Assembly: GCF_001194135.2 (NCBI RefSeq)
Contig: NC_068991.1
Span: 17,718,069-17,751,836 of the forward strand
Direction of reading: 5' to 3'
DNA from: Octopus bimaculoides
Lineage: Eukaryota
DNA: 33,768 nucleotides
Part shown: piece by piece, positions 10,657-21,234 of the stretch
Numbering within the stretch: position 1 is the stretch's first letter
Layout of the letters: every line of letters starts with the position of its first letter
Notes under the pieces: generated by a model
Seen by the model: the letters and a program-made list of their open reading frames with translations, nothing else
The model's database searches: none
What the model was told of the DNA's origin: nothing
Translations under genes and position numbers: made by a program

Positions 10657-11352
10657 CAGGGCCGGCTAAAGGTACCGGCAACTCGGGCAGTCGCCCGGGG
10701 CGCGAAATTTTTTCCCCACGAGAGTTCCGGACCCCAGTAATGAACTCATTTGCATACAGCCAATCAGAGCTCACCTTGGCCTTGTCAAGTTAACAAACAC
10801 ACTCTACCAAGTAAGCTCAAGACGAAGAACGGTGCTGTAAGTCGACCGATCACCAAGTTGCATGATTTTAGAAGGAGACAAGTTATTAAATAGATTTGCA
10901 TCTATATCTATTATCGGATTTTGTTAGGGGCCCCATATGGTAAAGATGTGGATGAGGAAAATGTGGGTAGAGGATGATGTGCTAGCAACCCTTTCCCCTT
11001 ACTAAACAACACAAATAACTACGCAGAGGCAGCCATGGTTGAAACAAGAACAACAAACATTATTAAAAGAGAAAAGAAGCATGGTCATTCCTCATCCAAG
11101 TGACCTTATCCAATTGCCCATCATTTGTTATGCGTTCATAAATTAATTTGCTGAGCTCTGACTGGCCGTATGCAAATGAATTCATAACTGGGGTCCGGAA
11201 CTCTCGTGGGAAAAAGTTTCGCACCCGGAGTGCCATGTGCTAGGTGGCGCCAAGGAGGGCGTGACAAAGACAAAGAAATTTCCACGACCGTCATCTTGTA
11301 CACGCCGAAGTTCAGTTTGTCAGGGGTACCAGCAACCCTAGGGCCAGCCCTG
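10657..11352. mobile_element. Non-autonomous hAT-like element (696 bp) with long subterminal inverted repeats
   Basis: Termini CAGGGCCGGC and GCCAGCCCTG; 8-bp flanks CATACATG / CATACATA; ~75-bp inverted arms at about 10697-10775 and 11152-11228. Confidence 0.8.
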
Positions 11353-11408
11353 CATACATATATACATACGAATGCAAATATAATCATTGGTGTGTTTGCA
11401 TCCTTGTG

Positions 11409-11453
11409 AATGTATGTATGTATGTATGTATGTATGTATGTATGTATGTATAC
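11409..11453. repeat. (GTAT)n microsatellite
   Basis: Direct observation. Confidence 0.98.
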
Positions 11454-12392
11454 ATGCATGTGAATATATATTGCAGTATAAGTGAGTGTATAAACGTTCA
11501 GATGTGTATGATTATCTACAAATATTGGCATAAGTTTTAATATATATACATAGTGTTTTCAATTACAGATGTCAGTATATATATGAGCAGTCGTCTGTGT
11601 ATACATATAGATGTAAGTACTTTATTTGCAAAGAAAAAAGTAACTAAGAATGTGTGTATGCGTGAGCGCAGATGTACTAATTTCAAATGAGATTTAAAAT
11701 ACACAAACAAAAGAAAAATGGTGACAGACCCTAAAAAAAAATACAACATAAAGGTGATAAAAGCCCCAACCAAGAGAATGGAAATACTTGAAATACCAAT
11801 TATTTACAATCGTTTAATATAATCCACGACGTGCATGGCCCTTTCCTTAATCTGAACCCACTCAACATAGCCCCAGGAGGGTGTAAGTAAAAATAGTCTT
11901 TTTCAGTTGATTGTTGTTTGTTTAAAGGAAATACACACTCCTCAAGAAACAGGCGAAATATTTAGAGAAGATTAGGATGTAATTACGATAGGCGGCAACA
12001 ACAAAACCAGCAGCAAAGAACAGGCGGGCAAGAGAACGTCTAGAGAAGGATACGGGGGGAGAGAAAGGGAAGAGAAATTAGAAACTAGGGAAACAAGTGA
12101 TGCTGTAAAACTGGTGTGGATACCCATGTCAAGTCCCCTGGTAATAGACACACACACAAAAAAAAATTATTACGGGATCATCAAGTGTCACAAAGCACAG
12201 AGAATGCGGAAGGCTGTTCATTGATGTTAGACAACTCACTGTTACATACAACTGTCCCTACCACCACTTCCAATATTGAACGGTTTTCCGTAATTTGTTT
12301 TTTTACTTGTTTATTTTATTACTTTTTTCTAAACTGATAAAGGGGCCTTGGCTAATACCTATTGGCATTGATGGCCAGTGTCGGCACCATAA

Positions 12393-12398
<6 letters not shown>

Positions 12399-12432
<34 letters not shown>

Positions 12433-12442
12433 NNNNNNNNNN

Positions 12443-12484
<42 letters not shown>
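12399..12484. repeat. (AG)n microsatellite with internal gap
   Basis: Direct observation; N at 12433-12442. Confidence 0.98.
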
Positions 12485-12487
<3 letters not shown>

Positions 12488-12564
12488 CAATAAAATTCAT
12501 ACAAGATCAATTTGTCACCTTTCTGCAAGACACGGATTAATCATGATTTATGAATTGTATTACA

Positions 12565-13075
12565 ATAAGTAGCTAAATCTACCTCAACACACCTCAACAT
12601 CTTTAGGACCCCCCGCCCCGCGGTCGCTTGACCAGCTATAATTAACAGCCAAATCGCTATCAAATCACACCCAGCAGTCTTTTAAAAAAGGGCATATTGA
12701 ATATGGTGCTGGTCTCCCTGCACTTGGAGAAAGACAGGGTGGTCACGGTTGAAATGCCTTTGATTGTATCGAGCAAACCTGACTCGGAACTAACCGACTA
12801 TTAAGAAACTATTACGTAATTACTTGACCATTTCCTTGTAGTAGCCCCATAACTTTAAACAGTCACTCATGTATTTGAAATGAACGCTCACAACGTTTTA
12901 AATCCCTAAATATGAAAACAGCTTGCCCCAACAAAATGAAGACGATTCCATTTCTAGCGTGTTGCTCAACCTGCTAGGGATACTAGCCACATTTCCCTCA
13001 AATGAGAAAGAAGGGCGCGTTATCTAATGCGTCCTTCAGTTCTAAATATACAATGCAGAGGTGGTCACGGTTCAA
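12565..13075 (-). repeat. Interspersed repeat family E, two degenerate tandem copies
   Basis: AACAGCCAAATC / TACTAGCCACATT and GGTGGTCACGGTT modules each occur twice. Confidence 0.55.
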
Positions 13076-13329
13076 CAACGCACCATGTGGAACCTGGTCT
13101 AGAGTATGTGTGTGTGTGTGTGTATATTTAGTTACTTTCATTTGAGGAACTGAAAATTATGTCAACAACTCCCACAAGACTATTAATTACAGGGAGCCAA
13201 CAGCACATCCAGGATGTAACAGCTGGAGGAAAGAGAGAGAGGGGGGTGACAAAAAGACAGGGAGAGAATTGCATGAGCACTCGTCTGGTATTTATTTAGA
13301 ACAGAACAGATTGGAGCAACAAGAAATTA

Positions 13330-13410
13330 TTAACGCAGGCGTAGCCCAGCAATTGAACTCACGACTCTGATCATGAACCGAACATCCTTAACATAAGGCT
13401 ACGTAACTCC
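13330..13410 (-). mobile_element. Degenerate tRNA-derived SINE head
   Basis: Minus strand TAGCCTTATGTTAAGGATGTTCGGTTCATGATCAGAGTCGTGAGTTCAATTGC. Confidence 0.55.
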
Positions 13411-13442
13411 GTATATTATATTTATAGCTGAGGTTACATCAA

Positions 13443-13446
<4 letters not shown>

Positions 13447-13478
<32 letters not shown>
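13447..13478. repeat. (TA)n microsatellite
   Basis: Direct observation. Confidence 0.97.
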
Positions 13479-13480
<2 letters not shown>

Positions 13481-13574
13481 GGTACAAGCAAGCAGTACCG
13501 ACATGCTGGACATAGAAGCAGCGCTGATTAACCATCAACCAAAATAAGCACGGGCTTAGGACATCAAAGGAAGG

Positions 13575-13921
13575 AGGGGCACCACAGAAACGGTAAATGG
13601 TTTACGGCACAAAAGAAATCATCTTAAATTTGCTAAAATAATATTCAGGATGCCTTTATCTCTACTAACTATAGCTGCAGATGTGTTACCTAAGATTAAT
13701 TTTGAGGATCTGATCAAAGATTTTGCAATTGAAAAAAGTAGGAGGAAACTTTTCAAATATAAATAAACATTATTCTCCCGTTTAGTGTTTTGTTTCGTTT
13801 TGAAAAATAAGAATTTATTTTATGGTTTGTTATTGTTTATATTTTGAATTACATACTCTTTTATGGGGGCACCAAAGTCTTATAAGTGCTTAAGGCCTCG
13901 ATAGGTCTTTATCCAGCCCTG
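13575..13921 (+). mobile_element. 3' end of a hAT transposon with transposase C-terminus
   Basis: 13656-13766 encodes LSLLTIAADVLPKINFEDLIKDFAIEKSRRKLFKYK*, typical of the hAT dimerisation-domain end. Terminus is TTTATCCAGCCCTG; GGGGCACCA subterminal motif occurs twice. Confidence 0.75.
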
Positions 13922-15587
13922 CATAGCAGTCAAACTCCTTGCTAGTACCCTTAATTATTAATTGATAATTTATACTGTCAGAGGTTGTTTTTTTTTACGC
14001 ATGATAAACCACTGATATTACTATAAATAATATCCTCTTATATATTTATGCATACATATATACATACACACACATGTTTCTGATGATGCTTTCTAGTGGA
14101 CGTTGAACATAAAGGACTATAATACACGGAGCCAATAAAAGATGCATCTCCGGTCATTCTAATTTTGCTGGAAACAGCAGTCAAATCTCCTTCCAATTGC
14201 AATCAGTTATCATGAGAAATGACACTCTGGGTAATGACAACAAAGACATACTTTTTGTAAAAAAAAAAAAAAAACCGGTTGGTAGCGACTGGACTGCTTT
14301 TGATCTGCTCAATCAGTGCCGACCTGGCTACAACAACAACCTCAACAGAGTTTGACACCCCGGAAATGACATGCCTGTAATATGGTCCGATCAAAAATAG
14401 AATTGCACTACACTGCATACATACACTCATACATGCAAGTGTTTGGCTGTTCTAGTGTTGCAACGTTGTAATTAGAAGCATTACAAGATACTACACAAGA
14501 GTTGGCGGAGGGAACAAACACGGCAAGCCTACATCTATCTTCTTACATCATCACTACCACCACGACAAGCAATGCAACAGGTGTTATAGCCGACTTTGTT
14601 ATTTGAAAATAACAATGATGATAAACAAGTTTTGGTTAGTTAAATTGATTAATTTACTTCACTAAAGTTTTCATCCAACATTAAAAACAAAAACAATCTT
14701 AAACAATGCAGATAGTTAAGCAGATTGATTAGTAATTAGTTTAAAAAGACGAAAGAAAAAAGTTTTTCGACAGCTGTCGGGAATTTCGTGTTGTAATTAA
14801 CAAACACACGTACGAAAGAATCCACAAATATCTCGATTAGGAGTAACTATGACAAGACAGCAACAATTATTATCATTATTATTATTATTACCCATTAAAG
14901 TAAACTGAAGTGTACGCAGACAAACATACACACACTGACGTAAACAAAATGCAAATCACAAATTTTCGAATATTAAACTGAAAAGAACGCATATTACATT
15001 ATATATATATAATTATATATCTTTATCTTATGATATTTACTTTGTATTGTATTATACTCATTTATTGTGCTTTTACTTATTAATTTTTCTATATGTGACA
15101 GTGGATTTTCATCGATGAGTTCATGAACCTTGGTTCTTTTCCCTAAAACTATATATTTATATATATATTTTACTCTGTAAAGCTTAATTTGATTTTAATT
15201 TTTTATAAATTGATCTTAATTGAGTTTTTACCTGTAATTGTGGATTTTGTCCCTTATATATATATATATATATAATAGGGGAGTGTGTGGCTATGATGTT
15301 TATGCTATTTCACAAAAAATTCTGTTTTGTCAGCGACTTCTAAGTGAAAGCAATTCCAATAGAGGAGAGGTATGTAAGTATATGAGACAAAAACAGGCAG
15401 AAGTAAATTATAATGCGGGTTCAGAGTGAAGAAAAATTCGGATTTATAGAATATTCACAAAGAATGAACAGTGGAGAAAAGAAGAAAAAAATAAATAAAT
15501 AACAGAAAAATGGGTAACACCTTAACTTTTTCAAACTTTTCGATACTGAACATAACATAACGTAAGTAAATGCTGATATAGAAAATT

Positions 15588-15675
15588 GATCGCGGCGGGA
15601 TATGAACACAGAATGAAAAGACAGGAGAAATACCACAAAGCAAATTTCCGACGCTCTAACAATTCTGCCAGCTTG
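15588..15675 (-). mobile_element. SINE family A head fragment
   Basis: GCGGCGGGATATGAACACAGAA...CTAACAATTCTGCCAGC aligns to the head of the 23228-23391 copy. Confidence 0.7.
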
Positions 15676-15804
15676 TGTGTGTGTTTGTGTGTATGTAAGC
15701 ACACGCTGTGATTACTAAAATAGTTTAATCACAGATTTAATAATCTGTAAATGTATTTACTAATGATAAACATGTCTCAACTAAATGATCCTTTTTAATT
15801 ATAA

Positions 15805-15988
15805 GCACAACGCCTGAAGTTTTAGGAGAGGGGGCTAGTCGATTACACAACTCCAGTGCTCAGCTGGTATTCTTTCCATCGACCCCGACAGGAAAAGTTG
15901 CCCTCGGCTGAATTTGAACACAGAACATAAAGCCGGGCGAAACGCTGCTAAACATTTTGTCGGGCGTAATAAGTAACGATTCTACCGA
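15805..15988 (-). mobile_element. SINE family A, near full length, degenerate
   Basis: GTCGATTACA...ATCGACCCCG...CTCGGCTGAATTTGAACACAGAAC...AACGATTCTACC. Confidence 0.8.
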
Positions 15989-16334
15989 ATATTCAACGAG
16001 GGAGCATTTACGGGTCGCACGCCTGGCTAAAAATGGCAGCCAAATCTTCCAACTCATATCCTACATTCTTTAAAAAAGTATGGGAGACACAATTCCAGTA
16101 GAGATTTGGCAGAGATATGCGTCTACAGTTAATTCAGTAACTCACTTTTTTACTAACTAGTTTTTCGTCATTTGTTAGTGTACTTTACTCTGGGCATTTG
16201 CTTGTGTTCCGTATTAAAAAGAAATACTGATATAACTGAATTTGTAAGTCTGTGTTGTTTAACCACAGGTCAATCCTGACAGCCTTTATCGTTGTTTTGT
16301 AAATCACTACATACATAGTGTCTTCCTTCTATAT

Positions 16335-16640
16335 TTTTTTTCTATGAGATGGAATGCTAAAGTGTTACGTGAGATTTGGCTGATATTTCTAGCAGGTCAA
16401 GCAAACACGACGATGCTCCCTCGTTGTGGTTATTTGTGGTGTTGTTTAGCATCGAGTCGGCTATGACTGAATAGATCTATGATTAAAGGCATTCCAGCCA
16501 TGACCACTGCGATATTTTTATAAGTATTATGTACTTTGGACAACACTATTGTTTTGTTTTGTTTTGTTTTTTGTTTTAGAAGGGGAGGGCGTAATTTGAG
16601 CTTCTTGTGGCTGTTATTTCTTGTAGGCTAGCCTACTATA
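16335..16640 (+). repeat. Interspersed repeat family E
   Basis: GAGATTTGGCTGATATTTCTAGCAGGTCAAGC...GATCTATGATTAAAGGCATTCCAGCCATGACC, then a second GGCTGTTATTTC module. Confidence 0.65.
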
Positions 16641-17324
16641 TAGAGGCTCCCTTTAGGTAAGCCATAACTTTTTGAAACCAGAGTTAGTTAAGTATACATT
16701 AATGACTATATAATAAATATATTTTTTCATAACAAAACTAATATCAGTTTATGTCTCTTAAGAAGATTTACAAAACTGTTAACGTTTGACTATCTCAAGT
16801 TTTTTTTTTTTTTTTTTCAACATAACCAAAATATCTCTAACACGCGATTAAAAGTATTAATTTTTTTTAAAAATATTTTTAATAGATTATATTTCCAACA
16901 TGGGACTTCGAGGGACAGCTATTTCAAATCTACGCCCTAAAATGTATCTGAATGATTCTGGGAGTTTTAATCGATGATCTTAATGAGATGTCATTTATTA
17001 TTTTAATATACATACTGGTTTCGTTTTGTAGCGCTTGTTGTTTACTAACTCTAAACTTCACGAAAGTTAATATTGTTTATTTGAATGGCATTTAAGTTAT
17101 TGACGCCAAACCTGGATGGTATTTACTTGCACTTGATTTTAGTTTTGATGAAAAAAAAAAAAAAAAAAAGCTTATACATTATTCAAAGAAAAAAAAAGAA
17201 GGCGATTTATCTTGATAAAAGTTTTCGTCACAGGATAAACTTTAGAGGAAAGAGGAAATATACATGTGGTCGATTAAATCGACCGCAACCAACTATGATT
17301 CCTGACATAGCGGTACACCACACG

Positions 17325-17440
17325 TTTTTGCGGGGAGGTACATTATCGATTAAATGAATTCCGACACTCGTACTTCTTTCATCGAAACCGGAAGGATGAA
17401 AGGCAAAGGCGACATCGGCGACATTTGAACCCATATGTAA
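17325..17440 (-). mobile_element. SINE family A fragment just inside intron 1
   Basis: GGAAGGATGAAAGGCAAAGGCGACATCGGCGACATTTGAAC. Confidence 0.85.
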
Positions 17441-17600
17441 AAAAAAAAAGCTGCCAAACTGAATAAAAACCGCAGGGTATGCAGCTAATCCCGTTGCTCT
17501 GTACATCCATATCAAGTAACAGCATCTCTAACACAACCACTACCGGTATATAACATACAAAATATAAGTAGAAGAGAACAGCGTTCACTGTATCACTCAC

Positions 17601-17720
17601 CTCTATCCAACGTTGTGTTTCGTGTAATGCCATCTCAGTAAAAAATTCCATTTCTTCCTCAGACCTGTACTTAAGATCCCAATGTGTATCTTCCCCCGGG
17701 TCACTTTGTTCATCCGCCAT
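17601..17720 (-). CDS. First coding exon (40 aa) of a probable calponin-homology-domain protein, LIMCH1/LMO7-like
   Basis: Minus strand reads CCCCAAAA-ATG-G (good Kozak context) and MADEQSDPGEDTHWDLKYRSEEEMEFFTEMALHETQRWIE, ending at a perfect phase-0 donor GAG|GTGAGT (intron starts at 17600). ALHETQRWIE resembles the first CH helix of LIMCH1/LMO7 (AFSEAQKWIE, recalled). Exon status is well supported; family identity is less certain (about 0.55). Confidence 0.75.
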
Positions 17721-18124
17721 TTTTGGGGCCTTAATATGTGTATTTTAATGATATTATATTATAATAAGTGTGTGCGTATGCGTGGTTATATGTTTCTATA
17801 CAAATGTGCGAATGATGATGAGAGAGGGTTTTTTTTTTAACTGGAGGTCCCACCTCCAAGTTCATACAGCTCGCGACAAAATTGAACTACAGAAGTTTTG
17901 TTTGTGCTTTTGGTTTCTGTTAAACTTTTTTTTCTTCGTTTTAGACGTGCTTTCTCCTTCCTGTCTTCCTTTCTCTTTTCTCTTTTCTTGTTTCTTTGTT
18001 ACGTTCTATTATTAATTCCGTTTATTTTCATTTGTTTCTCAGCCGTTCCATGATGTTGTATTGACATATTTTTATTTTCACTTCTTCTCTCAGAAAGCGT
18101 TCGAATCAAAGTTGGATAGACAGA

Positions 18125-18165
18125 AGGAAACTCGCTGAGAGTGAGGGGCGGAGCTTTTAAACGTA
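18125..18165 (-). promoter_or_regulatory. Candidate core promoter for the minus-strand gene
   Basis: Minus strand has TATA-like TTTAAAAG (18161-18154), a GC box (plus GGGGCGGAGC, 18145-18154) and Inr-like TCAGCG about 25 nt downstream of the TATA-like site. It lies at the edge of a GA-rich tract about 410 nt upstream of the ATG. Motif-only support. Confidence 0.3.
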
Positions 18166-19070
18166 GAGATAGAAAGACAAATAGACACAGTTGAAAGAGA
18201 GAGAGAGGGGGGGAGAGAAAGAAACAGTGACAGATTGACAGAAAGAGATATAGAGAGTGAAAGAAACACAGGGTGACAGAAATAGATGTAAACAGAGGGG
18301 GAAAGAGACAGGGTGTAAGTGAAAGAGACAGTGGGGAATGACGGAAAGTGATATAAAGAGAAGAAAAGAAATACAAGGTGACAGAAATAGATATAAACAG
18401 AGAGAGGAAAAGATTGAGAGTGACAGTTATATAGAGATAGGTAGTTAAGTAAGTAACATATGAAGGGGAGGTAGACCGGCTGACTGGCTGGCGTTTATGT
18501 GTTAATTTAACGTGTAAAAAACCACGGACATGAAGGACTTATTGCCTATCTGTCTGGCTGACTGTAAGTGGAGAGGAGGGTGAAGATAGAAAACAGATAG
18601 AAGAGAAGATAAAATAAAATATAAAAAAGCCGAGTGAGGTGAAGGGCGGAAATGAGGCAGTTGGATAAAAAGAGAGAGAAGGCTAAAGATAAGAGAAGCA
18701 GAAAAAAAAGGAAAGAAGGACTAAGGAGAAAATGAGATAATGAGATAGAGAAAAAAAAGAAAGAGTGGTAGGGAAAAGACTAAAGGATATGTGGCTATAA
18801 GAGAAAAGAGAGAGCTAGTTGAAAAAGAAATAGACGGACGGGAAACAGGGAAAAGATAAAGAATGCGGAGAGAGAAAAAAGTTAGTGATGGGGTGAAAAA
18901 TAGAGATGGAAGGATACTGAAGTAAAGAAAATGGTGTGCGGAGTTAAGAAAAGAAATAATAAATATAGAGGGAAAAGAAAAGGGATGAAGGAAAGAGAAA
19001 GAAAAGAAAATGCAAAATGCTAAAAGTGGGAGTAAGACGAGAGAGAAGCAGAGAGAAAGAAAGAGGAAAT

Positions 19071-19670
19071 GGAGAGATGAGAAAAAAGAAAATGGAAAAC
19101 TGAAATTAAGGGGGAAAATGTGAAGATAGAAAAGTGGGAGAATGTTGTGGAAAATAGGCGAAACGATATATGGTTAGAATGAGAAATTGGCAGAATGGAA
19201 AATGAAGCGAGTAAAAAGAAAATGGGGGAAAAAAACACGGGAAGAAGAAAAGAGAGAAGGATGGAAGAAACGGAGAGATGAGAAAAAGAAAATGGAAAAC
19301 TGAAATTAAGAGGGAAAATGTGAAGATAGAAAAGTGGGAGAATGTGGTGGAAAATAGGCGAAACGATATATGGTTAGAATGAAAAATTGACAGAATGGAA
19401 AATGAAGCGAGTAAAAAGAAAATGGGGGGAAAAAACACGGGAAGAAGAAAAGAGAGAAGGATAGAGGAAACGGAGAGATGAGAAAAAGAAAATGGAAAAC
19501 TGAAATTAAGAGGGAAAATGTGAAGATAGAAAAGTGGGAGAATGTGGTGGAAAATAGGCGAAAATAGGCGAATGGTTAGAATGAGAAATTGACAGAATGG
19601 AAAATGAAGCGAGTAAAAAGAAAAGGAAAAAAAATACGGGAAGAAGAAAAGAGACAGAAGGATAGAGGGA
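19071..19670. repeat. Purine-rich tandem repeat, period 200 bp, 3 copies
   Basis: TGAAGATAGAAAAGTGGGAG ends at 19140, 19340 and 19540. Confidence 0.95.
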
Positions 19671-19929
19671 AATAAAATGGAGGAAAGGAGTGAACTAATG
19701 AGACAGAAGGCTGGAGAGGGATTTAAAAGGGCTGATTGGGGAAGGCAAGAGACGTAAGGATAGAGAAAGGGGAAAAACAGAGTAAAGATAAAGAATGGTG
19801 AGAAGATGGACGGAAGATTAGAGAAAAGAGAAGAGAACAGAAAGAAGGGTGAAAGGCGATGCGAAACAAACAAAAAAATGATAATAATAAATGATTGGGG
19901 AAATGGGGATAAATTATGGTTTTTAACAG

Positions 19930-20040
19930 ACACAAGGCAACAATTGGTAGAGAGAAGGTTAGTTGATTAAATCGCCCTCGGTACGACCCCGGAAGACGGA
20001 AAGGCAAAGGTGACCTTGATGGGAAATGAACCCAGAACGA
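19930..20040 (-). mobile_element. SINE family A fragment
   Basis: CGACCCCGGAAGACGGAAAGGCAAAGGTGACC...GAACCCAGAAC. Confidence 0.75.
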
Positions 20041-20070
20041 AAAGGAACAAAAAAATAAAGATGATAAATA

Positions 20071-20235
20071 TTGGTTTCAAATTTTGCACAAGGTCAGCAG
20101 TTTCCGGGGAGAGGGTAAGTTGATTAAATCGATCACAGTGCTCATCTGGTACTTATTTTATCGACCCCGGAAGGATGAAAGGCAAAGTCGACATCGGCGG
20201 AATTTGAACTCAGAACGTAAAGCAGAAGAAAAATA
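20071..20235 (-). mobile_element. SINE family A copy (tail variant 1)
   Basis: Intact core TCGACCCCGGAAGGATGAAAGGCAAAGTCGACATCGGCGGAATTTGAACTCAGAACGT. Confidence 0.9.
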
Positions 20236-20400
20236 CTCTTTTCTACTCTAGGTACAAGGCCCGAAATTTGGGGGGGAGGGTGCCTGTCGATTAGATCGAC
20301 CCTAGTACGCAACTGGTACTTAATTTATCGGCCCCGAAAGGATGAAAGGCAAAGTCGACGTCGGCGGAATTTGAACACAACGTAAAGCAGAAGAAAAATA
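20236..20400 (-). mobile_element. SINE family A copy (tail variant 2), abutting the previous copy
   Basis: Same core with a different tail (CTCTTTTCTACTCTAGGTACAAGGCCCG on plus). Confidence 0.9.
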
Positions 20401-20419
20401 TTATAATAAAGAAGCTGAC

Positions 20420-20456
<37 letters not shown>

Positions 20457-20699
20457 GGGAAGAGGAAGAGAAACAAAGATAAACTGCTGGAGTGGGCCTT
20501 CATTAGTTTTCTCTGTTTCCATTTTATGGAAGATATTTTTTTTAAGATCCGACAAAAAGCGAATGGAAGAGCAAGAGAAAAAGGAAAGAGAAAGAAAGGG
20601 ATGCAACTAACTTAGTGAGTAAAAATGTAGAGAAAAAGGGTACGATATATTGCAAACGGGAGAGGAGGAGGTCTGCCTCTCGTTTACGGGCTCATGAAA

Positions 20700-20935
20700 C
20701 CGAAACTTAATTCAGATATTCAGGGCGCTTTTGGCTGAGAGAAGAATACACCCTATGTTGCAGGGTTAACCACTAGGTGCTCCTGATCAAACTCCCGGTA
20801 GTCATTTTTAGTTGAGTGGACTGGGACATTATGACATGGTGTGCCTTACACTAGGACACAAAGCACTACCCAACCCAAGGATCGATATCACGACCTGACG
20901 ATCCTGAGCCGAACACTCTAACCACTTTGTGGTCA
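20700..20935 (-). mobile_element. Degenerate tRNA-derived SINE
   Basis: Minus strand AGTGGTTAGAGTGTTCGGCTCAGGATCGTCAGGTCGTGATATCGATCC...TGTGTCCTAG...CCCAGTCCACTCAACT. Confidence 0.6.
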
Positions 20936-21125
20936 TTCCAGAAGTTTTCAAACTATCTTAGATTATTGTAATTTTAGTATATTATTACTATACGTCTTAT
21001 AAGCTGACCTGCCAACTTTTTTTTTCTAGATTGAAGGAGGCAGTTTTTAGCAACACTTTGAACACACCCTACTAAACACTTTTTGTCACCGTTGACTAGT
21101 TTGTAGAATGTAGTCGGGTCGACTG

Positions 21126-21182
21126 GAAGCTTGCTATGCAATAAAGTTTTGTGTTAAACTGGGCAAAAACGCAACAGAAACT
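21126..21182 (+). mobile_element. Mariner transposase N-terminal HTH fragment
   Basis: Translates EACYAIKFCVKLGKNATET, the typical mariner N-terminus. Confidence 0.7.
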
Positions 21183-21234
21183 GGAGACGATGAGGGGTGT
21201 TGGAGGGAGAGCGTTACTGCACTTTGAACACATC

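Larger units (their letters stand above)
18160..20650. repeat. Extended purine-rich (A/G) low-complexity tract
   Basis: Plus strand is almost entirely A/G; includes a ~30-bp direct repeat GGTGACAGAAATAGAT(G/A)TAAACAGAG at about 18272 and 18378. Similar tracts at 22200-22800, 23880-24276 and 31790-31930. Confidence 0.9.

Noticed and set aside
19106-19933. 275-aa hydrophobic F/S/L-rich minus-strand ORF resembling a membrane protein
   Set aside because: An artefact of the pyrimidine-rich strand, which lacks stop codons. The underlying 200-bp repeat shifts frame each copy.
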